Source: Vermamoeba vermiformis
Lineage: Eukaryota
Direction: 5' to 3'
DNA: 64,000 nucleotides
NCBI GenBank assembly: GCA_045837725.1
Contig: JBEWZL010000066.1
Span: forward strand, 310,001-374,000
Positions 63,659 through 64,000 of this stretch are shown in pieces. The position numbers were made by a program, and so were the translations under genes. The notes beneath the pieces are model-generated. The model saw only the letters and a list, made by a program, of their open reading frames with translations, was not told the origin of the DNA and searched no databases. How positions within the stretch are numbered: position 1 is the first letter of the stretch; each line of letters starts with the position of its first letter.

Positions 63659-63773
63659 ACACACTTCCTAACGAATCTTAAAATATGTCAAAAAACCAAT
63701 AAAAATTGGATACCTGCTTGGTATTCATAAAAGCTCGTTTTTTTTTTTTTTTAGGGGGGTTTTTTTTTGGAGG

Positions 63774-63804
<31 letters not shown>

Positions 63805-64000
63805 CGATACATCTATTTTTTAGTTTTTATTCGAGTGCGAATGAATTACTTCTAATGATAGTCACATATTAGTTCTCTTCGAGTTGTCTCAAAAGTTGAT
63901 CTATTGAGGGTCGTTGTTCCGGATTCATATTCCAGCACTGCTTCATAATTGAGGCTAGTTTCGTTGGACATGACTCTGGAATGACAGGTGTCAAACCAGA

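Noticed and set aside
63738-63804. Poly-T/G tract followed by poly-A (hairpin-like or retro-element tail)
   Set aside because: It is low-complexity and probably low-quality consensus. No element body or target-site duplication is visible.
1-64000. Prokaryotic-type systems (CRISPR arrays, operons, IS elements), rRNA or tRNA genes, alternative genetic code
   Set aside because: No repeat-spacer arrays, transposases or structured RNA genes were recognised. In-frame stops are explained by spliceosomal introns or indels, and both TAA and TGA (and TAG) serve as normal stops.

Overview
This window is compact, intron-rich eukaryotic DNA from a protist. It looks amoebozoan-like by gene content, which is an inference. 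It uses the standard code and short GT-AG introns, mostly about 45-100 nt, with CTAAC/CTAAT branch points. About 19 protein-coding genes are present: a partial ABCG transporter, oligopeptidase B, a DOMON-cytochrome b561-copper monooxygenase fusion, a C1A cysteine protease, a Kelch/F-box/Ras-like protein, a small membrane protein, mitochondrial uL3, an F-box/LRR protein, POMP/Ump1, UROS, a Kelch/Ig receptor kinase, an F-box/ankyrin protein, a ZZ-Clu protein, VPS13, a giant GTP-PEPCK, a CBM20-EEP protein, a CAP protein and a Cys-rich surface protein. Five things stand out. (1) One gene of about 2,400 codons encodes four tandem GTP-PEPCK units; the inner two are intact and the outer two lack catalytic or metal ligands. 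(2) One polypeptide joins two heme-type DOMON domains, a cytochrome b561 and a DBH/PHM-type copper monooxygenase, a possibly self-reducing enzyme. (3) A Kelch-F-box protein ends in a degenerate Ras domain with a CaaX box. (4) The VPS13 lacks the ATG2_C helices but carries fascin-like and propeller tails. (5) The palindrome TGACACGTGTCA recurs, mostly in introns. Several single-base frameshifts look like assembly errors. Gene models were spliced by eye and boundaries are approximate.
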